Below are positions 1 to 11,070 of a DNA stretch of 64,000 nt, one piece after another. How positions within the stretch are numbered: position 1 is the stretch's first letter; every line of letters starts with the position of its first letter. The position numbers and the translations under genes are program-made. Source of the stretch: Klebsormidium nitens (Eukaryota > Plantae > Klebsormidiophyceae). The notes under the pieces were generated by a model, which searched no databases, was not told where the DNA came from, and was given only the letters and a program-made list of their open reading frames with translations. The stretch lies in NCBI GenBank assembly GCA_000708835.1, contig DF237144.1:85669-149668 (forward strand), in the 5' to 3' direction.

Positions 1-541
1 AGCAAACCACTGTGCAGTGTGCACAGTGCGCACTGCACACTGCACACTGACAAACAGATCGATGATCGATCGACCATCTTCCGTCATTTGTGCTGATCTC
101 TGACAACGTCTGACACATACTTTCTACCTCTTTACTGGTTTGCCTTATTGCCAGTTTGTGCACGCGCACGCTCGCGCGAAATTGTTCAGGCCTGGTTATG
201 AACCATGACCTTATGATAATCCAGCGGTAACTTGGATTCCGCGGTTCCGGTCTCCTAGCGTGAGTCAGTTATTAGGGCAGCCTCGGCAGCCCCGGAAGGC
301 GGAACCTGATTCCTGAAGGCTGAAACTTGTCCGAAGTTTAAACTCCGAAGTTCTCCGCTGCCAGGTGGACGCCTGCTGAGCAAGAATATGCCTATACTAG
401 ATATGATTTGCACGGGCTGTCACTTGCACCTGAGAAATTGCGAATAATTTCTGGCCCTCCAAACTGCTCCAAACTGCTCCAAACTAGTTATGCCATTATG
501 CAAATTACTTTTAAGTTTTCAGCCGGCCTATACCTATGTAA

Positions 542-940
542 GGCCGTCCGAATTATATTTCCGGTTTCCTGTCCACCCCCTCCGGGGGTGGGTCGGTCGG
601 TCGGAAGAATATGATAAATATTCCTCAGAGAATGGTAAGGGTTATTTTGGCGTATATCAGCGTTACCGCGCTCGTTTGACGTCCAGAAGGCCTCTTCCGG
701 TATGCACCATGAGTTTTCATCAGCTTTGGTGGTAGACTTGGACTTTCCACCGAGGTACAAACCTTTCAGAGGATCCATGTTGACTGATTGCGGCTTATTG
801 TCAAACCAAAATCTCATTTCTGGACGACAAATATCGGTTTTGACTTCCACAATTTCAGAATATTTTATCAGTCGACTCCGTAATTTCTCAGAATTTGGGT
901 CGGTCGGGGACAGGAAACCGCCAATCAAATTCGGACGGCC
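542..940. mobile_element. Tourist-like (PIF/Harbinger) MITE
   Basis: About 33-bp imperfect TIRs (GGCCGTCCGAATT...CGGTTTCCTGTCC / GGACAGGAAACCG...AATTCGGACGGCC), flanked by TAA on both sides (539-541, 941-943). No credible coding content. GGC termini with a TWA target duplication are the Tourist/PIF-Harbinger signature. Confidence 0.8.
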
Positions 941-2317
941 TAACATACAGCAAATCACAGTCGACGAAACGGAATCTTGTGATGAATGACGTACCGGATT
1001 CCTCAATTTATTGGGGACCAACCTGCTTCAAGTTTGGTGGCAACACTCCAGATTCCAGATTCTAGATGGTGACAGGCTGAGACAGCCGGCCTTAGCTGTG
1101 GTACCTCGTCTAGTGTTTCTCACTTCTCCGTCCCAGCCAATCACAATGCGTGTATAGCAAGTTTCCATCAGGACCACAACCTCTAGCAGGTAGGTACCGT
1201 AGTAAGATAATGACAAGTCCGATCAAGTATCGGCCTCTAGTTTTACAGATGTCTGCATTGATCGGCATATTGGAATCAGGTGCAGCTACAAGCCAATCCA
1301 GCATTGCACATTGCCCGGTTGCATCCTGACATTGACAACTTTCTAGAAGAGGCTGCAGCTGCCGTCTATTTTCAAAGCATTGGGGCTGACATCCTTTTGC
1401 CAGAGACACGTACTTGCTTTACGATTCTACGCCACTGGTGGTGATCGATATACTCTCTGGTCAGCTACTTTGGCACATTCGTTTTTACCAACGCCAAGTA
1501 AAGCCGCTGTACTCACGACAATGTTTGGTGAGTCGCCGGCCAGACTGCCTGGTTATACCTGTAGTCTCTTCGCTTGTTCTTCATAAGTCAGCTCCTCTTC
1601 ATTCTGAATTCTAGAAGCGATAAGTTCTTTCTTTCTCTTCTTGATCTTGCTCTCATTGCATTCAAAGCTGTTCCGGCTGCCTTGCCTTGCTTCGGGTCTT
1701 CATTTCCTAGGCTGTTAAATTCTGTGCGTGGAGGTTTGCAGCTGCAATCAGCTCCCCGTGTCGGCAGGTTTGTCCTAGCTAGCTTTGGCATCTTGTTTAT
1801 CTTCTACTGCAGCATAGAGACAACTGGGGTTTTGAGACAAAAAGCGATGGACAACTTTGACGGAGTTATGCAATTCAAAGCAGGGCACCAACGAACAGCC
1901 TGTCTAGATCTAGGTTGACTCCAAAGAAAAAACTTACCTACCACTAAAGTCAAAGTGCATCCCCAATCCATTTTCACAACATGGTGACACCCCACTCCTT
2001 CTGCAGTCTGCAAACATTCATTTGACCACTGACCAGCTGTAGATGTACAAATCATGAACGTTCCTTCTGAGTACTTTCTGCTTCTTCCCCAATGTTTTGT
2101 GACCAGTTTTGAAACAGCCCTCCTCCTGCTCAGGATCAGTGTTCAAAGCCCACTGTCAGTCACACTCGCTCAACATTTACTTGAGTGTACTCTGTACTCA
2201 ACAGGCGTGATCAAGTTCTGGACACCTAGACCAGTTGTCAAAAGCAACATGTCGACACTGTCCATGAATCTCGTTTGACTCTGTTCCCAGTACGGTCTGC
2301 TTCCCTATGCAGGTACA

Positions 2318-5300
2318 ATGGCGCCCCTAACGAAAACCCTCGCTCTAGTTCTTCTGCTTGCTCTTGTAGCCGCCAGCGCCGAAGGGCGCACCATGTAAGT
2401 CACCTTGTCTCATCCCACAAGCTCAGGTCTTGTAATTGTCATTCTGTGAGTAACCCTGACACAGAAAGTGGGTCAGCAACTTAACAAGTATAGCTGGAAC
2501 TGGTTGTTGTCTTTAACAAGCCTCTCATTGAGGTCAAACATTGGCAGAGTCTGACCACCACTGGAAGGTTACGCTTTTCCAATGTCGTAGGTACATCTTT
2601 GGGAGCTTAATTACATGACTTACATTGCTGAGGATTAGGAGTGCATGCTTGGACACGTGTGTGACCATGCCAGGATTTACGAGAAAGGGCTCAAGTAAAC
2701 TCAAGCAATTGTGATCAGGGAACTTTTTTCTGGATATCATGTGAGAAGAACTGTCTGCACCGAGACTCAGCCCTGCAGCTCAGTTTTCGCATCTGAAGAA
2801 GGCAAGGACTGATTACTTTATCCTTGTGTTAGACAAGGACCCACTGACTCAAAAGCACCTTCATCATTGATCAATACCTGGCAGCACAGGGGTAGTTTCG
2901 AATTGTGCTGCAAGTAGTTGTTTGGACAATTCGATTCAATATGATATCCGTCACTTTTGGAAAAGTTCTAATTGTAAAGATGATCAGCAGAGCAACTTAG
3001 TGAGAGCTCCCTTCTCACTAGGAATGTAGCTGAATACTCACAAGGATCCAATCCCTATAAAGCCATACCTGGGGCCGGGGTTAGGGTGGTTGTGGTTTGG
3101 AGCGGTTCAGTGTTCTGGTTGGGGCTTCTGGTTAGACCGTTGCACTTCGTTCTTTCAAATCGATGCTAATCTCTTTTGAATCTTAAAAGTTTCGTGGTTA
3201 TTCTTCGCAGGAGGTCTTTGCTGCAGACCCCAGGCTCGCTGCCGCCGGTTTTCTTGGACGAGATTCACTGGGACAACGCCGCCCTCGATTTTGGTCGGTG
3301 AAACTCTGAGCCACTTTCTCTGTGTGTGTCCGAAATGAAACCCTGAACTTGGACGAGAATGGTAAAGTCCGTGCTTGTCTGTCTGATAATATTTGCCTGC
3401 GGTTATGTGTCTTCCCTACTACTCCCCAGGCCGCAAGCTGCGACTGGATTTCTTCGCTCATTTGGCCTTTGTTTACTGCATGTTCCCTCCTAACTTTCTA
3501 ATCTCGGCAACTCCTTCCTCTCCGATCCTTGAATCCTTCAGCTCAATACTGGGTCGTTTCTCATCTACAGAAGCTTTCACAGTCTTAAGCCATTCGTTCT
3601 TATCAATCACTTCGCTACACATCCTATCAGATACTCGTCGCAATCTGGGGCCGAAAAAGGTGACTCGGTGGAACGTATCAGGCCCGCGGAATCCAGCTCC
3701 CATGCCTGGAGCATATCTCGATATATTCCGAAACCAATTGAAGGCGAACTCCATTTTGTTTCGATTTGAATTTCCGTGCTCCTGCGATACCTTGACCTGC
3801 ACGCAGGCAAGGCCGTTGAGGTGAAGACATGTGGGGATAAACAGTATGGACCCCAATCCAACCGCGCTTTCGCATGCAAGAAGGCGAACCTGTTCAGTCT
3901 TTCCTCGAATCATCCAGAAATGTCCCGTTCTACTCATTTCATGTGAGGGGTTGGCGTTTTCCCGATCCGCATGTATTGCTCTCCTCTCGCTTGCTGGCCC
4001 GTAGCCCGCTGATACGTGTCCAAGAAACTTTTGCTTTCTGTCCAAGTCAGCTTCCGAAGCCGTCCGACCCTTGTCCGGACGCAGGTTAAGCGGTCTAGAC
4101 TTTCGGACCTGCAGGAATAGACATAGGTGCTTGGACTGTGACCCGCGACTACGTGTCCTGAAAAGGTCTGTTTCTTGACCGAGTCAGCTTCCCAATCCGT
4201 TCGAATCTTGTCCGAGCGCAGGTGAATCGGTTGGAGGTTAATTTCCGGACCTGCGGGGACTGTTCTCGGTGGCTGACCGTGACTGGCTAAAACCGTACTC
4301 AAATAATGTCCGCTTTTCCTCCAAGTCAGTTTTCGAAGTGGTCCGAATTTTGTCCGAACGCAGGCAAAGCGGTCGAGATTTTCCGGTCGGACCTGCGGGG
4401 ACTGAACTTGGTGGCTGGACCGTGACGCGCTACCTGTCCAGAAAACGTCTGTTTCTAGTTCAAGTAAGCTTCTGAACCTGTCCGAATTTTGTCCGAACGC
4501 AGGTGAAGCGGTGGAGATTTGCGGACCTGCGGGGACTGATCTCGATGGTTAGGGCTGGAACGTGACCCGGTATCGAGTGACCAAATAACATCCACTCTTT
4601 TTAAGAACTAGCTTCCGAACCCGTCCAAATCTTGTTTGAGCGCAGGTGAAGCAGTGGAGATTTTCGGACCTGCGGGACTGATCTCAGAGGCTGGACCATG
4701 ACTTGCTGATACTTGTCCAAATAACGTCCGCCTTTTTTCCGACTCACTCTCCGGACTCGTCCGAATCTGGCAACTTCCACAACCGTCCGAATCTTGTCCG
4801 AACGCAGGTGAAGCAGTCGAGATTTTTGGACCTGCGGGGACGGATCTCAGTGGCTGGACCGTGACCCGCTACCTGTCCAGAAATGCCGGGGGGAATATCT
4901 GCATGAACGCCGACACTTCGCAGCAGAACGCAGGTGTGAAGGGGCCCTGCGGAGTCGGGAACCCGTTCACAATCCCGGCAGGAACTACGATTCCGTCGCA
5001 GACGGTGAGAGTATTTACATCCGCCGTCGTGCCTGAGGTTGTGTTTCATTTCGCGCTTCCCGATCGGTAGAGACGTCACGAATGTCACCCCTGGACTTCG
5101 CGCTCTTCCACTTCGAAAGAAAATTGCGACTCTGAAGTTTCGTTGGCAAGCCCGCTTTGCTCGACAGTTTCCTCAATATTCTCCAGCGCGAACTCCGTCA
5201 AATCGACCAGCCTCGCGAGTCCCGATGTATTTCTGGACATTCGTAAGTTTGATGATTAAAGTCCAAATCGCTCACAAGCTCCTTTATACGTCCAGGTTGC

Positions 5301-8300
5301 CAACGGCATCGGCTATGGCACCGTCGTCGTGTTGATTCCCAACAACGGCCTCGTAAACGGTGGAGTTGCCGTCGTTCTTGCGAACGCGCAAGCAGTCGTA
5401 CAGGATTACCTTTTCTTCGGGGCGCCCAGCCCCCTCACTCTAGTTGGCGGCCCTGCAAACGGACAAACTGTGTAAGAATCCGCCCATTTCCTGTTTGGTT
5501 TTTTCTCTCTCTCTCGGTTCTGCATCCCTGTTCATGGACAGTGAGCGGAGTTTTTTGCACGTCTCTGGTTTGCGTGTTTGGGTCCCTCTGACGCTGACTT
5601 TCCGTTCAGTGGTGGTCCGTCCGCTTATCTCTTTTGCCCGTTTGTCTCACACACACGATATTGGCTTACGTAGAGCGTTTTTTGCGGTTTGCAGTACCAA
5701 CAACATCGGGAGCGGTGAGAACGGCAACGGCCCGATTGGGAATTCCGTAAGTCATCGCAAGCGCGTCTTCGACAGCGGCTACGGTGTTTGACCTGCAGGT
5801 TTGAGAAGCGTCGAGTTACGGCGCCGGAATGAGGAAAGCATGCAATTTGCCCATGGATCGTAAGGCGAGTTTTGCGCTGCATCAGGTTGTTGCAAAAGGT
5901 CATAAACCTGTTTCTTACATTCGGTCATTGGACTGGAGGCGCGTCAAGCGCGTCAAGCTTGTTACATTGAACCAATGAATGATCGGGCGAGAGGGACGTT
6001 TGGGAAAAAGCTTCTAAGAACAGGGACTGTGGTTCCACATATCTTCTCCTTTTCGAATAACAGCCTTTCTGTAGCGATGCCTCAAGGTCATGCAAGGCTG
6101 CGCTGATATCGTGTACATTTTGTTCGACAGTAGACAGCGCTTCTTCACGTAAATCTCCTTTGCAGCGGATAACTTCCCATGATTCTTTCACATTAAGCCG
6201 CTTTATTCCGTGCGCGCAGATCCAACGGTTTGGCCCGACGACTTATGATACGACCACGAACGGGGCGCCCAACACCTTCGGCACCGCGTACCAGGCGTAC
6301 CTCCCGGTTAGCGCTAATCCGGGGGGGATCAGCTCGTCTAACCTGGACGCCAACACCGGGTTAGTCAACTTTCCGGCCGGAACTACTACGGCGGCCGGAA
6401 CGACTCCCCTGCAGCCTACGTCCTGGAACACTGGCCCGATCGTACTCTCTCCGGGGGGGCTGCCGAGCGCTACCGTGCTAACGAACCTGATCATCGCCTC
6501 CGGCAGTGAGTTTTCTCACTGGCCTACGTACGTTTTTGCGGGCCAGAGATGAGCCTAACAGACCCAAAGCATTGGTTTCACGTCGAGCAAGTAGGCCTAA
6601 ATTGAGTTGGATGAGTTCTTCGTCTACCGTGATCGTATTGTCCACCGCCACCGCGCTGGCGATCTGAGTCTTCGACTCGAGGAGAGTGATGGCAAATTAC
6701 ACTAGGCCAGCAGAAGTAGCAAAGTTCTTGCTGTTAAGATAGGTGATGAGTAAGCCTCAGTTGAACAACGGTCCGATTGGGCTTTCTCAAGGGGGGCTGC
6801 CGACTAGTGCCACAGTGCTGGCGAATCTGATCCTTGCATCATCGAGTCAGCATGGTTGTCGCTTTGCCGGTTTTAGGCCTGGGGAGATAGAATAGTTTTG
6901 ATTGAACACGTTCAAGAGACAGTTTCAGATTCTAAACATGGAATGTTATCCATATTCAGAACAGAAACTAGGTGTCCAGATACGGAGGTAACCACGAGTT
7001 GTATGCGTCCATTCCGAAAACATGCTTTGCCGCCCCGAGTGCGGTCCAGAGGAGCATCACAAACGAACTAATGCTGGCTAGGTGGAGCAAAACGCTGCAC
7101 ACTTCGCCTTCCTTGACAGCCAGTTTCAGAGGTGACTCGGCTCTTGTTCAGCATCTCTTTCGCAAACTGTCCATCACCAAAACTTCGTCAATCCAAGCAT
7201 TTCCGCTCTTCTGTCAAACTTCGGAAAGGGAACCTCAAAGTACCCAACTTCTTCTTCCGTTCGATGCAGTTCCGGCGGGTAGCATCACTCCCGCCCCGAC
7301 CACTCAGTCTCCGACCACTACTCCCGCCCCGACCACTTTTGCCCCGACCACAACTCCTTCTCCGACCACTCAATCTCCTACAACCACTCCCGCCCCGACC
7401 ACTCTTCCCCCGGCCACTCCCGGCCCGACCATTCTTCCCCCGGTCACTCCTGCCCCGACTACCTCTGCCCCGATCACTCCGGCACCTACCAGCGGAATCT
7501 ACTCTTCTCCATCGGCCTCGACGTGCACGGCGCTCGCCCCTGGCCTCCCTAACCGTGAGTCTCAAACCCTGGGTTTACCTTAACCTGCTCCTGAAGCTGC
7601 GTGCGGAAACGTTTGTAGGGAAAGCAGCACCTACCAGCGGAATAATTCCTCTCCGTCTGCTTTTACATGCGCGGGGCTCGCCCTTGGGCTGTCCCAACCG
7701 TGACTTGTGGACCCCTTATTCACACCATTTATTTTTTCCGTGCTCTCGAAGCTGGATATGCGAAAAACGTATTTAGGAGCAAGCGACGCGATTGCCGATT
7801 GGTTTGAAGGAGTTTGCTGCAGAGCCGAAGGATTTTCCGCTTTCATAAATTGATTCTGGGTCCGTCAAGGGATCGATGTATGTCGCCTGTCAGAAGGCAG
7901 CGATAAGGAGTTTCTGACCACTTTGATCAGCTTTGACTTGAGCACGTTCAGATTTGTCAAGCTTTAATGAAAGTGGCGTTTCATCAGGCACTTTGCAGCG
8001 CACCGATCCGGATCCTGAGAGATGTCAATAACACGGTACAGAAACCTTGACATTTCGACAGACGTGGAATCACGTGGGGTGCGTGCCTTTGGAACTTTGA
8101 GCACCCATCCAAAACGGTTCGTTAGCCGCTGAGCAGAGGATAATTGACGTCTCTTGACGTTGCCCGTACACAACCAGAAGGCTCACACTTCAAAAACATT
8201 CCGATCACCTCTTCTCAAACAAATCGTCGTGTCTTGACCGTGCCTCGACCCGTTTTTTAACCTCACCCACAGATCTACCGCAGCTTGCTTCAACAACGAC

Positions 8301-10528
8301 GCGTCCAAATGCATGATCATCTGCTGCGCAGGAGTCTGCGCCCCGGGCACTGACTGTCATTCTCTGGACTGTACGGACTCAAGACACGAAACGAGACTGA
8401 CATCACTCCAATGATATTTCAATGCCCAGAAATGAATATTAGCTGGTCTTCCGCGAGACGCTGAGAACTAGGTTGATTCCAGTTCAATTCCAGGTTTGCT
8501 CCAAATCAATTGCATTAAGGCAGATCTAATCTGATCAAACCTGATGAACTAAGAACTGATTCCGATTGCAGCTTGCTTCAACAACGACGGTTCCAAATTC
8601 GTCTGCTGCGCCGGGGCCTGCGCCGCGGGCACTCCTGGCGCCGCCCCTGCCTGCGCCGGCGGCCCCACGTCCGCCCCGACCACTGCTGCCCCGACCACTG
8701 CCGCCCCGGTGACTCCTGCCCCGACCACTTCTGCCCCGACCCCTGGGCCGACTTTCGCAACCGCCTCGGGCGCGACGTAAGTCGCCACATGTGCAGTTAT
8801 AACTGCTTGAAACGGCTTCAGTTTTTGCGTTTCATTTATTGTGCGGCGAGCGGTGTATCTGTTCTGGTTACTACGACTCTTGCCCCGACCACCTATGCCC
8901 CGACCACTTCTGCCCCGACCCCTGGGCCGACTTTCGCAACCGCCTCGGGCGCGACGTAAGTCGCCACATGTCCAGTTATAACGGCTTAAAACGGCTTCAG
9001 TTTTGTTATTTATTGTGCGGCGAGCGCTGTATCTGTTCTGGTTACTACGACTCTCGCCCCGACCACCTCTGCCCCGACCACTTCTGCCCCGACCCCTGGG
9101 CCGACTTTCTCGACAGCCTCGGCGCGAAGTAAGTTCCACGTCCGGTATTTCTGCGAGCTTGTAATGGGCGCTGAATTCTCTTTTGTCGGTTCATTTTGAC
9201 AACAACTCCTGCGCCTACCACTCCTGCCCCAACCAACTCTGCCCCGACCACCTCGAACCCGACCACTTCTGCCTCGGCCCCTGCGCCGACTTTCTCGACG
9301 GCGTCAGGTGCTTCGTAAGTCGCCAAGTGTTCAATTTCGGCTTGTATTCTTACGAGATTTTAGCGGGCGCTGCACCTCTTCCATGAGCCCTTCCCCTACA
9401 AGCCCAGCGCCCACCATTCTCCCCCCAACAACCGCCGGACCAATCCCGTGCCGATTTTCTTGACAGCCTCAGACGTAACGTGAGCTTCCACTTGTCCAGA
9501 AACAGGTGAGATTCCGCTTCCGAAACGTCGCCAGCTGGCATGAAACTTCTGTTTGTAGCCGGGCGCCTCGTAGTTGAGTCACCAATTTTGGCACCGACTT
9601 TGAAGTTTGTCGGTCTAAACGATCCAGCGCACGGCACGCAATTTCGTGCCTTTCTTGTTCCAAAGGAACGTGCGAATGCATCAGAGAGCGACCGGTAGAG
9701 CCAAGGGCCTGCCGTCCGATCGCCACAGATCACGCGGGGACGTCTTTCTTTTAGGCGTCAATCGATCCACAGGAAGCGTTGGCTTTAAATCAGGAGCCAA
9801 ACCGGGGCCGGATTGGAGCATCTTGCGTCAATATTGGCATACAAAGCGGAGAGGCCGCTTTGCTGAGTCTAGGAACAGGTCCAAGCGAAGCGTCTTCTTT
9901 CTGCACGGAAGGTTCTTGTTCCTTGTGTTTTGGCCCCCGAACCGGTGTTTAGATCCGGTTCCTCCGCCGATTGTCTGGGGGGTGTCTGGGCTGAGATGCT
10001 TCCAGTTTGCTTAAGTAGCTGAAGTTAACTAGCTGACAAGCCAATGCTCATAAGACACATCGTGGGCAGACCCTTTACTGCTCTTGATCGTCCTAGGTTA
10101 ACCGGGGCTTGATCTCCATTTCCGCAACTGCGATGCTTATTCCGTCGCTCAACCGACTCTTTCCTTTCCCTACCGATCGCAGGTGTAACGCCTACTCTGC
10201 CAACTCCTACTCGTGTTACAGCAGCGACGGCTTCACTTTCGCGTGCTGCCCAACCCCCTCGTGCGCGCCCGGCGGCGCGGCCGCGTGCGCGGGAGCGCCA
10301 ACCGCGGTCCCTACCACCGCCGCCCCGGTCCCAACCACCGCTGCCCCGGTCCCTACCACTGCCGCCCCGGTCCCTACCTCCGCGGTCTTCCCCACCGGAA
10401 GTGGTAACAATTGCAATCCGGTCGGGCAGTTCCAGTGCTTCAACAACGACGGCAGTCTCTACACGTGTTGCATCGGCCCCCGGAAGTGCGCCCCGGGCAC
10501 ACCCGGGCCGGTCCCCGCGTGCGCTTAG
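2318..10528 (+). CDS. Secreted 568-aa protein: signal peptide, lamin-tail-like (LTD) domain, Thr/Pro-rich stalks, three 6-Cys modules
   Basis: Exons 2318-2394, 3211-3293, 4808-5004, 5296-5471, 5695-5746, 6220-6505, 7270-7554, 8572-8776, 10183-10528. All introns GT..AG; total 1707 nt, in frame. N-terminus MAPLTKTLALVLLLALVAASAEG is signal-peptide-like. It is followed by VFLDEIHWDNAALDFGEAVEIFGPAGTDLSGW, PTT/PAPTT repeats and CFNNDGS..CC..CA.G modules. Confidence 0.85.
4060..4807 (+). repeat. Five degenerate tandem copies of the exon-3 acceptor plus exon start of gene 1
   Basis: Copies of gtccgaacgcag|gtgaagc...ggacctgcgggg...gctggaccgtgac with post-AG starts at 4085, 4222, 4364, 4503, 4646; functional exon starts at 4808. 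Confidence 0.9.
8278..8355 (+). repeat. Degenerate copy of the exon-8 acceptor plus first Cys-module start
   Basis: ccgcag|cttgcttcaacaacgacgcgtccaaa...tgctgcgcaggagtctgcgccccgggcac matches the exon start at 8572, then diverges and reaches a stop. Confidence 0.8.
8790..9490 (+). repeat. Tandem copies of the exon-8 3' end plus donor of gene 1
   Basis: ...gccccgacccctgggccgactttc...ggcgcgac|gtaagtcgccac recurs near 8957, 9128, 9316 and about 9476, with rising divergence. No clean CAG acceptor precedes them. Confidence 0.85.
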
Positions 10529-10984
10529 GCCTCACATGCGATTTTGTGTGAATAATCGGGCTCACGTAGCTCGTTAGTGCATGAATAATTGGCCGCTTCG
10601 CAGCTCATCAATTCATAATCTGGAGGAGAGAGGAAGTCTGCGGACTAGAAAAAGGGTGCGGATTGACTCATTGTAGTGAAGCGCAGAGATACTTTTACGT
10701 GTTGTCCATTCTGATGATTCTTTCGGAGACTAGCTAGACATGCGCGTGCATGCGCTGAGGCGGCCCGAGAAAGCAGTCGGGTTGACTTATCAGTGAAGTT
10801 GTTCGAGTGCATTTCTGGTGCACGATTTTTGCAGGCCACGGCATAGCTGGAGTTCTTACTTACTGCTGCTAGCGCTAGGTCCGAACTCGGTGACCTCGCA
10901 GATGATTTTGATAGTGCCATATCGCTTTGGCCAATGAGAAGAGCTACGAGCCTCGGAGCTAGAGAGTCGTCGGCCCCGGAACAT

Positions 10985-11070
10985 GGAATACTTGACCCCC
11001 AGTATTCTGTATTCCAAGGTTTCAAAAAGGCAGTATTCCGTATTCCAAGGTGCTCGGGTATTCTGTATTC
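10985..11070. repeat. Short GTATTC(T/C)GTATTCC repeats
   Basis: gtattctgtattcc / gtattccgtattcc occurs three times, with an inverted ggaatac just upstream. Confidence 0.55.

Noticed and set aside
7188-9139. Arg/Gly-rich minus-strand ORFs (7188-7565, 8549-9139)
   Set aside because: These are antisense shadows of the GC-rich Thr/Pro repeat exons of gene 1.
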